33,298 nucleotides of DNA from a virus (lineage: Duplodnaviria; Caudoviricetes). The stretch spans positions 1 to 33,298 of IMG/VR virus record IMGVR_UViG_3300030372_004742; one strand, written 5' to 3'. This document shows, in pieces, positions 9,924 through 17,895 of this stretch. The first letter of the stretch is position 1; each line of letters begins with the position of its first letter. Both the position numbers and the translations under genes were made by a program. The notes under the pieces are model-generated. The model was not told the origin of the DNA. It ran no database searches and was given only the letters and a program-made list of their open reading frames with translations.

Positions 9924-10430
9924 TCAGTGGGCGGTGTCACGGCTATGCGACGTGTTGACCTGCCGAGCGTCCTTGAGAAGGTCCAGCAACTCCTCGGGAG
10001 TCATCAGGTTCTTCTGGAGGGCCTTGGTCTTGGCCAACACCAGGTCGCGCTCGGCCTCAGCCTTCTCGATGGCGACCTTGTCAATCATGGCCTGCGCCTC
10101 TCGAGAGCGGAAGGTTCGCAGCTTGAACTCTGAGGTCGTGCGCTCCAGATACCAAGCGGCGGCTCGCCAGTCTTTTTCAGCGTGGAACTGAACGAGGTCG
10201 AGCATGTTCTGGCGAGAGCATCGCTCTGCCTCAAACACTCGCTCCTTAAAGCCTGCACGACCGCCCTTCTCCTTGGGCTTGTACATCCAGCACTTCCACG
10301 TCTCGTAGTTGATGTTGAACTCTTCACGCACCATCTTTTGCGTGTAGCCTTTCTCCAACATCTCGATGGCTTTCTCTGCGAGCTCAGGGGACCACCGTCC
10401 CGGAGCCTTTGGCTTATTTTTTAACGCCAC
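9924..10430 (-). CDS. terS: Terminase small subunit
   Basis: N-terminal HTH (LEKGYTQKMV...INYETWKCW), DWRAAAWYLER motif, adjacent to TerL. Confidence 0.8.
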   Translation of the reverse strand: MALKNKPKAPGRWSPELAEKAIEMLEKGYTQKMVREEFNINYETWKCWMYKPKEKGGRAGFKERVFEAERCSRQNMLDLVQFHAEKDWRAAAWYLERTTSEFKLRTFRSREAQAMIDKVAIEKAEAERDLVLAKTKALQKNLMTPEELLDLLKDARQVNTSHSRDTAH

Positions 10431-10938
10431 GGCAAAACCACCTCAGTTCATTGTTTCGGTCTGTTGTGCTGGTCGACACGCTCAAGACCTTATGGAAGGC
10501 CGTGAGGAACTGTACCATATCGCGCCCAAACCGCAGAACATCGAAGCCGGCATAGGGCGTCTTCTGGTCCATCAGAGGGACGTTCTCCAAAAGGCGCTTG
10601 CGCATCGAACAAAGAACACGGCGAGTCCCGCGATGACGAGGGCGAAGCGAAGCATCATGATACGGCTCCAGGAAGTGCAGCATGTTCTCGACCTGGCCAA
10701 GCGTGATGGACCGACAGGCCGCTGCGTTGACGTGCTGCTCCATGTTGCCGGGGTTGTAGTAGAGGACATCTAGAGAGCGCTTAATCTCTCCCATGCCTTC
10801 TGCCAGCATCCCTTCGACGATGTCCGCAGAGAACACCTTGGTGAAGTTGCCCTTGTGGTCCTCGGACTCGGCTACGGGCGCGGTGTTAAGCGCGCTAAGC
10901 ATGCTCTGTGACGGAATCTCACCCATTGAGGTGGTCAC
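10414..10938 (-). CDS. Hypothetical protein
   Basis: 174 aa ORF filling the operon gap and overlapping both neighbours; no motif recognised. Confidence 0.6.
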   Translation of the reverse strand: MTTSMGEIPSQSMLSALNTAPVAESEDHKGNFTKVFSADIVEGMLAEGMGEIKRSLDVLYYNPGNMEQHVNAAACRSITLGQVENMLHFLEPYHDASLRPRHRGTRRVLCSMRKRLLENVPLMDQKTPYAGFDVLRFGRDMVQFLTAFHKVLSVSTSTTDRNNELRWFCRGVKK

Positions 10939-11227
10939 AAATCTGCTGCATCTTCGATGCCATCACGGTGGGGCCAGATGCCTGACACTGCTTCATCGCG
11001 ATGTAGAGGGCGGCCATGGCGATGTCGTCCCCGTCGAGCGAAGAGCGAGACTTGATGGAGGAGATGAAGTTCCTCATCTCGTAGCCCAGGTCGGACTCGG
11101 TCAGCTTGACCACGTTCTTGGGGCGGCCCACGGGGTTGGCGGCCTCAGCCTTGGGAGCGGCCTTCTTGGGGGCTGCCTTCTTTTTCGCAGGGGCCTTCTT
11201 CGCGGGTGCCTTCTTCTTCTCAGCCAT
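10919..11227 (-). CDS. Basic protein with histone H1-like PAKK repeats
   Basis: Likely start ATG 11227 after GGAG: MAEKKKAPAKKAPAKKKAAPKKAAPK...PVGRPK, then a helical domain. Confidence 0.7.
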   Translation of the reverse strand: MAEKKKAPAKKAPAKKKAAPKKAAPKAEAANPVGRPKNVVKLTESDLGYEMRNFISSIKSRSSLDGDDIAMAALYIAMKQCQASGPTVMASKMQQICDHLNG

Positions 11228-11666
11228 CGTCGATATCTCCATGGGAGCGACTAAGAGCGCGCCTTCGCTTGAGAACGATACGGGCAAACAGCCGGCTCCT
11301 GCGGTAGCATTTGTTCCCGCTGTTCCAATGACACAACGCCTCGGACCAGCGCCCGTACTTTTTACGGTACTTTCTCAAGGCCTGCAAGCCTGCGGTTATC
11401 AGGTCGCATCCCTTGAGTCTTTTGCCGGGGCAGTGAAACACCGGCTTGACCTGCAATGGGCCATGCGCTCCTGCTGAGCTCACCGCGTTCATGTTGAACC
11501 GGCTCTCAGTAAACGACAGGGCGATGACCAGGTTAATGTCCTGGTGGTGCTGTTGCGCCGCAGAGCCCACAGCTACGCAAGTCTTAAACCGCTCAGGGGT
11601 CTGGTCATGGGGCGCAAACCAGGACATGGCCGTAGCGCAGGCCAGGTACACATAAAAGAATGTCAT
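11220..11666 (-). CDS. Lytic transglycosylase (SLT domain) with hydrophobic N-terminus
   Basis: Catalytic motif TESRFNMNAVSSAGAHGPLQV and ALCHWNSG (variant of ALAAYNAG). Confidence 0.85.
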   Translation of the reverse strand: MTFFYVYLACATAMSWFAPHDQTPERFKTCVAVGSAAQQHHQDINLVIALSFTESRFNMNAVSSAGAHGPLQVKPVFHCPGKRLKGCDLITAGLQALRKYRKKYGRWSEALCHWNSGNKCYRRSRLFARIVLKRRRALSRSHGDIDDG

Positions 11667-12076
11667 CTCTTGAGGTCTTCCTCTGTGAGCGCAGGTCTCT
11701 CGAACTCAGTCTCGCCTCCCTGGGCGAAGTCCGTGCCTGTCGTCACTCGCTTGCGCGTTCTGTCTCGTGGCTTCCCACCGTTCTTCTTTCTCATCACTCG
11801 CTTGGCCATGCCAATAGCCTCAGAGGTCACAGAGCCGCTTCCGATTCCCAAGATAAGCCCAAGGCGCTCTTGCTCTGGCATCATCATCCAGCCAAACAGC
11901 GCACCAGCCATGACGGAGCACAGCCGCAATACCGTCCCTCTCCACCAGGGTTTGTCGCCTGTTCTCTCTATGACCCCTTGCTGAATGGCCTTTTTGACCA
12001 CCTCAGTGATTGAACCAGCGGCCAGGGCAGCGATGGAGATGACCATCGCCATCGTCTCCCAGCCTGCATCTATCAC
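11663..12076 (-). CDS. Holin-like membrane protein
   Basis: Three hydrophobic segments and a basic C-terminus, translationally coupled to the SLT gene. Confidence 0.55.
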   Translation of the reverse strand: MIDAGWETMAMVISIAALAAGSITEVVKKAIQQGVIERTGDKPWWRGTVLRLCSVMAGALFGWMMMPEQERLGLILGIGSGSVTSEAIGMAKRVMRKKNGGKPRDRTRKRVTTGTDFAQGGETEFERPALTEEDLKR

Positions 12077-12501
12077 GGTGTCCTCCTGGTGTATTCCGCG
12101 ATGAGCATAGCATCAGCCGTAGCGTGAACCACCTTTTGGGCTGGGAATAACCGCTGTGCAGCGGCCTTGGTCACGTTCTTGTCTCCCTTGGACCTGCACT
12201 TCATCGCCCCTTGCCAGGTGGCAGGGGTGACGGTCTCAAAGCGAATCTGGTGACAGACCAGGAGCGCCCTACAAAACCCGTAGCTGGTGCCGAACTTGAA
12301 CGTAGAGGCCACGCCTTGTCTGGGCATGGCGCTCACTCGCTCAAGGGTAGCGCGAGATACCATCGGTGCATGCTCGATGACGAAGCTAGACACGTCATGC
12401 TCTGTAGCAGACAGCCTGACAGAACCGACAAAACCCCCATCCTCGTCAATCACAACGATGGCTCCTGAGTATCCTGGGTCGATGCCCATGTAGTGCTTCA
12501 C
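12073..12501 (-). CDS. RuvC-like Holliday junction resolvase
   Basis: MGIDPGYSGA, LERVSAMPRQGVASTFKFG, VTPATWQ and ADAMLIAEY motifs of phage RuvC. Confidence 0.85.
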   Translation of the reverse strand: MKHYMGIDPGYSGAIVVIDEDGGFVGSVRLSATEHDVSSFVIEHAPMVSRATLERVSAMPRQGVASTFKFGTSYGFCRALLVCHQIRFETVTPATWQGAMKCRSKGDKNVTKAAAQRLFPAQKVVHATADAMLIAEYTRRTP

Positions 12502-12746
12502 TTCGCCCTCTCAGGAAACGAATCGAGCACCTCGCTGGGCTCTAACACGGCGAAACACGGGGTATCTGGCCCCACATAGCCACCGGCTACGTTGTAGCTA
12601 AAGTGCTCCATGGCCTCTAGAGAGCCCATGCCTTGGTCCATGAGAATCTCAATGCACTTGTCTTGGTCATAGAGCGTCACCGCGCTCATGCCGCACCGAT
12701 AGACAATTCCAATAATGGCGTCGTCGAATCCGTCGTAGATAATCAT
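12498..12746 (-). CDS. Conserved phage hypothetical protein
   Basis: Likely start ATG 12746 (ATGA overlap with the helicase stop). DGFDDAIIG...YDQDKCIEIL...FSYNVAGGYVGPDTP resembles a family common in environmental phages. Confidence 0.7.
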   Translation of the reverse strand: MIIYDGFDDAIIGIVYRCGMSAVTLYDQDKCIEILMDQGMGSLEAMEHFSYNVAGGYVGPDTPCFAVLEPSEVLDSFPERAK

Positions 12747-14071
12747 AGCCCCTCCATACGCGGCTCGAACTTCATGGATGTCCCGCTCCAGGCCACGTCG
12801 GTCTCCTTGAGAGAGGTCTCGAGTCCGTGCCTGAACTTGGACATACCGATTTTGCACAGGTTTCTGGGGTGATTGCTCTGTGGGTCGGCTTTGTGGAACA
12901 GGAACGGGCTGATAGCCAGGTCGCAGTCGTCCTCAATCGCCCCTGAGCCCTTGGCGTCACGCACGGTAATCAGCCTATCGGCCCTCTTGGCGGCTGAATT
13001 GGGCTGGCTAAGGATGACAGAGGTGCACTCAAGCTCCACTGCCATGCGCTTCATGCCCTTTGAGTTGGCCGATATCTCCTCTTCTTGGGTGCCATCGCGC
13101 CTCATACGCGGTGAATCCATGAGTTGTAGGTAATCGACCACAACGAGGCCTAAATCGCCGTATTGGCGCTTCACAGCCCTGGCTTCTCGCTCAATAGCGC
13201 CCACATCTCTGGCCGTTTCGCTGATAACCAGGGGTAATTCGCCAAGACGCTCTGCTGCATCAATCATCGCTGACTGCTGATAGGACGTAATCTCGCCCAC
13301 TCGGTGATGCAGGTGGGCAGGAACGCCGCTCAGGGTAGCGATAAGCCTGCCGACCAACTGGTCAGTGGGCATCTCAAGGCTACACACCAGGGCCGGCTTG
13401 CCAGCGAGGGCTGAAGACAGGGCAAAATTGTTAATCGCCAGAGCAGACTTGCCGTGCCCCGCGCTCGCAATCACCACCACCTGCCATCCAGGCTTGAATC
13501 CACCGCCGATAACGGCGTCCAGGGGAGCGAGGCCGCTAGGCGTGTACCTGGCTTCGACCTTCCCGCTCTGAACATCAATCACCTCGTGCATGTAAGCCGT
13601 AGCGATTGAGCTCACATCCCCACGCTCAGCGGTTCCGAACACCTCTTCGACCTCAGAGAGCTTCTGAGTGGCTGCGCTAAGAGCGCTCTCGGAGTCCCTG
13701 GACTCGTAGGCCTGCCGGATGATGTCCTTGCCGGCTTCGACAAGCACACGCAGACGCGCTTGATTGCGAATCTCTACCGCATACTGCTCAGCACACGCCG
13801 TGCTACCGAACGCATCGTGACTAGCACCCAGCGCCGTCCACATCTCGCCCATTGAGCCACGACAGTTCGTGCTCGCCCAGTCCCTGAGAAGGTGCAAATC
13901 AACACGGCCATGCTCCTTGTAGAGGGCACTGATACCCCGAAACACGTTCGCATTACCAGCATCGGAGAACTCTCCGGCGCTGATATCCACCTGCTCAACC
14001 AATGACGGGTCTACATGCAAGACCCCCAACAATGCGCGTTCAATCTGAACCACGCTCAAGTCATCACTCAT
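12743..14071 (-). CDS. dnaB: DnaB-like replicative helicase
   Basis: N-terminal ERALLG, Walker A ASAGHGKS, SLEM, LVVVDYLQLM, ILSQ, SGAIEDDCD, KFRHG. Confidence 0.92.
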   Translation of the reverse strand: MSDDLSVVQIERALLGVLHVDPSLVEQVDISAGEFSDAGNANVFRGISALYKEHGRVDLHLLRDWASTNCRGSMGEMWTALGASHDAFGSTACAEQYAVEIRNQARLRVLVEAGKDIIRQAYESRDSESALSAATQKLSEVEEVFGTAERGDVSSIATAYMHEVIDVQSGKVEARYTPSGLAPLDAVIGGGFKPGWQVVVIASAGHGKSALAINNFALSSALAGKPALVCSLEMPTDQLVGRLIATLSGVPAHLHHRVGEITSYQQSAMIDAAERLGELPLVISETARDVGAIEREARAVKRQYGDLGLVVVDYLQLMDSPRMRRDGTQEEEISANSKGMKRMAVELECTSVILSQPNSAAKRADRLITVRDAKGSGAIEDDCDLAISPFLFHKADPQSNHPRNLCKIGMSKFRHGLETSLKETDVAWSGTSMKFEPRMEGL

Positions 14072-14091
14072 TGCTCACCTCCCTGTAGCGG

Positions 14092-14931
14092 CTAAAGCCC
14101 GCACATTCCCTCGCACTCGCCATTCCACAGCGAGAACATCGTTTGCTGGCCACCATCGAAGTCCACCTCATCAATCGGAATCCGAGAGCGGTGGAGGAAC
14201 GGTTCGCTCTTAACCCCGAACGCGCCCTTGTCCCGCCAAGCCGAGCGGACCATGCGCTCAAAGGCAATAATGCGCTCGCGCTCTACAGGGTCGGCCATTA
14301 ACGCCTTCCACTCAGTGTTGTCGTGGAACGGGCAATAAGAACAGGCGCTCCTTGGCGTGACCATGCCCACAGAGTCCAGATACTCAATGCAGTGGGTGCG
14401 CTTCCAGCCCATCTCAATGAGCGGGTACCTGTTGAGCTTCCACGACTCCTTGGCAGGCTTCATGCGGCTGGACTCATCGACAGAGATGCCAATCCAGACC
14501 TCGACCTGTGGCTCCGCGTATCTCTTGCGCTTGATGCCAGCCCAGCCTCTGAGGAACTGGTTGATAGGCTGTAGCTTGAACTTCAGCGTGCAGCCCCGCG
14601 ACATAGGGGCTGACCGCCCCATTCCGTCCGCCACCCAGAACGGCGGTTCGGCGTGGTTGCTCTTTTTGCCAGCGTCCACTGCGATTCTCAGGTCCTCAGA
14701 CAAGGACGTGGCCCGCGACACCACCTCAAGCTGTGCCCCGTTCTCCTCGATAACCACCCGGCACTTCTCCAGGTGGTCGTACACAGCCACTGGCTCATCA
14801 CCGGTATCTGCGAACACGTACATCTCAGGGGGTTCGCCAACAACCGACAGCAGCCGCTCATCACGGGTCGCCGCTAGTAGGGCCAGCGTCGTGCTCTGCA
14901 CCCCGGCCCCGAAGCTCATGACCTTTTTCAT
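14092..14931 (-). CDS. PAPS-reductase-like adenine nucleotide alpha-hydrolase
   Basis: Likely start ATG 14931. PP-loop SFGAGVQST, FADTGDE, CTLKFK, WIGISVDESSR, YPL, SACSYCPF and C-terminal ECEGMC. Confidence 0.85.
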   Translation of the reverse strand: MKKVMSFGAGVQSTTLALLAATRDERLLSVVGEPPEMYVFADTGDEPVAVYDHLEKCRVVIEENGAQLEVVSRATSLSEDLRIAVDAGKKSNHAEPPFWVADGMGRSAPMSRGCTLKFKLQPINQFLRGWAGIKRKRYAEPQVEVWIGISVDESSRMKPAKESWKLNRYPLIEMGWKRTHCIEYLDSVGMVTPRSACSYCPFHDNTEWKALMADPVERERIIAFERMVRSAWRDKGAFGVKSEPFLHRSRIPIDEVDFDGGQQTMFSLWNGECEGMCGL

Positions 14932-14976
14932 CTCATCCCACCCTTTGGCACACGCATTGCTACGCGCGCTCGCTTG

Positions 14977-15103
14977 AAGTATAATACTTACTAGTACTCT
15001 CCCCAGACTGACCACTCCCCCCAAGGGAGTGGGCATGTCTGGGAGTGAGAGCGTCTCTCACCGCGCATGCGTACGCGCGCCTGGGGGGCGCGCTACGATG
15101 CGC
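14977..15103. other. Cluster of palindromes and three tandem hairpins
   Basis: aagtat-a-atactt 14977-14989, tactagta 14989-14996, hairpins at 15002-15043, 15045-15061 and 15063-15103. Confidence 0.7.
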
Positions 15104-15110
15104 TGAGTCC

Positions 15111-15362
15111 TCACCCATCTGCGGTCAGTCTGGCCAACGTGGTCCCCAGGGCAGTGGCTAGCTTACGCCACACCTCAAACGAACCAATCCTGTCCCCGTT
15201 CTCCAACCTCGAGATGTGAGAGGCACCAATACCGCTCGCATCAGATAGAGCCTGCTGAGACATACCCATCTTCAACCTACGCTTCATCAACCTCTGGCCT
15301 CGAGTCACAGCAGAAGACTGCTTCTCTTGCGATATCGGGCTCGTCAACTTGAGCTCACTCAT
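15111..15362 (-). CDS. XRE/Cro-CI family HTH regulator
   Basis: RRLKMGMSQQALSDASGIGASHISRLENGDRIGS...KLATALGTT; AGGAGGT SD. Confidence 0.92.
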   Translation of the reverse strand: MSELKLTSPISQEKQSSAVTRGQRLMKRRLKMGMSQQALSDASGIGASHISRLENGDRIGSFEVWRKLATALGTTLARLTADG

Positions 15363-15382
15363 GTGTCACCTCCTGGGAGAGG

Positions 15383-15411
15383 TTGATAGTACGGTACTGA
15401 CACGCTGTCAA
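15383..15411 (-). promoter_or_regulatory. Putative leftward promoter with overlapping palindrome
   Basis: TTGACA on the - strand (15411-15406) is half of TGACA-CGC-TGTCA. The -10 is uncertain: TACTAT at 14 nt or TATCAA at 17 nt. Confidence 0.5.
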
Positions 15412-15870
15412 GAGCAAATGGGTAAGGCTGGAAATTGGTGCGCGGAAAATGGGTCTAACCCCCGCGCCGACTCGGACCGAAACTTACTTCGCTCTGGCCC
15501 CGCTCGGTCCGGCCCTCTCCCCGTGCGCCCTTCCTCTCTGTACGCACCCCGCCCACACCCCGCCGTCCAGGGTGACTGCCAGTCAGGTGGTAGACCATCC
15601 CACGTTCTGAGCACATCCCACCCACTTGGCCCTGAACCGTGGTTCGGTACAGCGTTCAGCTCTACCACCCCGCCCCCGGGGGAGGGAGGGCCGGTCGGGA
15701 GGCGAGGGGAGGGAGGGAGGCCTGACCCACCGCACGCCAACACGCGAACACGGAAGACGCACACAACACACGGCCCGCATCACGCTCGTGCACGCGCACA
15801 GGGCTCTGCCCCGTGATCCCAGGCGCACGCGACGTCGCACGCATTACACGCGCACGTTGGAGCCCTCCAC

Positions 15871-15899
15871 TTGACACCCTGTCATGGGCATGGTCCTAT
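15871..15899 (+). promoter_or_regulatory. Putative rightward early promoter with overlapping palindrome
   Basis: TTGACA 15871-15876, 17 nt spacer, TG-n-TCCTAT. TGACA-CCC-TGTCA at 15872-15884. A hairpin begins about 7 nt downstream. Confidence 0.55.
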
Positions 15900-15954
15900 G
15901 GCTTCACCGTCGGGAACCCCCGAACGGTCAACAACCCACCCGGAGAACCGACCC

Positions 15955-16167
15955 ATGCAAAACCGAAACGCCAAGTTCGCCCTCAGCGCCGCTGCAAACG
16001 CTGTCGACAGGCTCGACCGAGTCAGCGCCCTTCGCCCCGATTGCGCCGCCACTATTGAGGCATTGGGAGCCGCCCTTACCGTCGCACATGAATGCGCCAA
16101 GGACTTGGGAGACCGAGACATGGAAGGCCACTACTCGGAGCGAATTTTCGAGATGATGTTCCGCTAG
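15955..16167 (+). CDS. Early hypothetical protein
   Basis: ATG 15955 after GGAG; 70 aa, helical. Confidence 0.65.
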   Translation: MQNRNAKFALSAAANAVDRLDRVSALRPDCAATIEALGAALTVAHECAKDLGDRDMEGHYSERIFEMMFR

Positions 16168-16255
16168 GCCTCGTGCTTCGCTTCGCACAGGGGAGCCCCT
16201 CTCCCCTGTGTCCAGCGCGACACGATGTCACGCCAACAACCAAAGGGGGGCCATC

Positions 16256-16552
16256 ATGGCCAGCAAGAGCACAAAGCAGGATATCAGTTTCGGAGACGTA
16301 GACGGCTTCTCATGCGCGGCTCCGTACCGTGGCAAGGGACCTGGCTTCCAATTGCACGCTTCGATTGATGATAGCGACGATGGGCATGGGTTCCCTGTGT
16401 ATCTGGACGCCACCGCCATCATAACAGGGCCCGACGCTAGCGCCTTCGTAGACGCAATCCAGGCGCACGGAACCGAGATCTACCGCCTGCGCCGCGAGAT
16501 TGACCGGCTCAAGAGCGTGGCCAATCAAGCTCGTGCCCTACTTGGCGACTAG
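16256..16552 (+). CDS. Early hypothetical protein
   Basis: ATG 16256 after AAAGGGGGG; its stop abuts the ribozyme. Confidence 0.7.
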   Translation: MASKSTKQDISFGDVDGFSCAAPYRGKGPGFQLHASIDDSDDGHGFPVYLDATAIITGPDASAFVDAIQAHGTEIYRLRREIDRLKSVANQARALLGD

Positions 16553-16612
16553 TCGAAACGTCCAACGGGACGTCTGAGGGAGATAGCCTACCCGTACTGA
16601 AGAGACAGGCTA
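16552..16612 (+). ncRNA. Type II hammerhead ribozyme with pseudoknot
   Basis: Stem II guc/gac; GAAA 16555-16558; stem III cgucc-aacg-ggacg; GUC cleavage triplet 16572-16574; stem I ugaggg/cccgua; CUGAAGA 16597-16603; loop uagccu pairs with 3' aggcua. Confidence 0.92.
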
Positions 16613-16648
16613 AACAACCCAACAACCCAGCAAACAAGCGAGAGAATC

Positions 16649-16894
16649 ATGCGATACCCGATTGCGCCCGGACCACACACACGGGACAAGCTCGTTGCCT
16701 ATCTGAACAGGCTACAGAGCACCATCACCTTCCAGCTTGCCCAGATTACCGTCGCGTTGCGAGACGAGCGCGAGGGCCTGTTCGGGCCCAATGGACAGTG
16801 GGAGCACATCGAACGCTACGTCGCCGACCAAGGCGAACTAATGCGAGAGCTTGCCGACGTCAGAGCCGAGATTCGGCGCGTGGAGGGCTGCTAG
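16649..16894 (+). CDS. Early hypothetical coiled-coil protein
   Basis: 81 aa ORF after the ribozyme and a CA-rich leader. Confidence 0.7.
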   Translation: MRYPIAPGPHTRDKLVAYLNRLQSTITFQLAQITVALRDEREGLFGPNGQWEHIERYVADQGELMRELADVRAEIRRVEGC

Positions 16895-16895
16895 C

Positions 16896-17801
16896 ATGAA
16901 CGCACTAACGACCACACTCACGCGCACCATGGCAGTCGTCGACGCCTACCGCGTGCGAATTCGCAACGGTGAGCGATTCACCATGTCAACCCAATGCGCC
17001 ATGGTGCGCGAGGGTCGAAACCTTGACGCGGTAGCTATCCAGGCTGCGCTCATCCTAGAAGGCAAGCGCGGGGTCTTGACGACGAGACAGACGAAGCTCG
17101 ACAAGGCACAAGCAGAGACCACGGGATTCATCAACCGAGGCCTCACCTTGGCCACGTCTCGCGAGGCGTCGCCGTTCATCGGGTCCGCGTTTGATGCCTG
17201 CATCGGAGCGACCGATGCGTGTCGTCTGGCGTGCGTCGGGTCGCGTACGGGTCAAGGTCGATTGCCTAGCAGCGCAATCGCTCGCATTGGGCGCACCATC
17301 GCGCTGCACGTCGACCCGGTGACGTTCTGGGCCCGTTACGACCGCGAAGTCGAGCGAGAGCAGCGCCGCGCCGAGCGCAAGGGGTACAAACTCGCTATGC
17401 GCTGCAACGTGGCCAGCGACCATGCGCACGTTGCCGCGCGTTCTGCTGCGACACATCCAGACGTGACGCACTACGATTACACAGCCATTACGGCCAACGT
17501 GCGGCGCGTGGATGGTGTGCGCCGCGTCTACTCGCTCAAGGATGGCGCACAGCGTCGCATGCTCGCGAAGCGCATGCTCGATGAGGGTCACGGGGTCGCT
17601 GTGGTGTTCGCTGCTAGCGCACGACGAAAAGAGCCACTGCCAGCCACCTGGAATGGCGCGCCAGTCATTGACGGTGACTTGCATGACCTTTGGTTCCTGC
17701 AAGCACCTGAGTCGGGTCCGTTTGTGGTCGGCCTTCGTGTGAAGGGCGACAGCGGCCAAGTGCAAGCGGCTATCGATGCCGGGTTCGCAGTCGCTGCATA
17801 G
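16896..17801 (+). CDS. GP88-family protein
   Basis: Start ATG 16896 after GGAGG. C-x6-C-x3-C (CIGATDACRLAC), RCNVASD, HYDYT, VAVVF, LPATWNGAPVIDGDLHD, VVGLRVKG. Confidence 0.85.
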   Translation: MNALTTTLTRTMAVVDAYRVRIRNGERFTMSTQCAMVREGRNLDAVAIQAALILEGKRGVLTTRQTKLDKAQAETTGFINRGLTLATSREASPFIGSAFDACIGATDACRLACVGSRTGQGRLPSSAIARIGRTIALHVDPVTFWARYDREVEREQRRAERKGYKLAMRCNVASDHAHVAARSAATHPDVTHYDYTAITANVRRVDGVRRVYSLKDGAQRRMLAKRMLDEGHGVAVVFAASARRKEPLPATWNGAPVIDGDLHDLWFLQAPESGPFVVGLRVKGDSGQVQAAIDAGFAVAA

Positions 17802-17895
17802 CTCGCACACCGGGCGCGCGTCGGAGCTTCGGCTCTGGCGCGTCACCGGGACCGTGAGTTCCGAAACCAGTAACCACATAGGAGCCCAGAAAATG
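17800..17895 (+). repeat. Structured intergenic element, copy 1
   Basis: ctcgc-aca-ccgg...gcgtcggagc-ttcg-gctctggcgc...ccgg-gacc-gtgag followed by gaaaccagtaacca-x-a-x-agga. Confidence 0.85.

Noticed and set aside
15349-15877. Several ORFs across the divergent control region
   Set aside because: Low-complexity Pro/Arg/Gly translations on both strands with no convincing SD; the region is better explained as non-coding.
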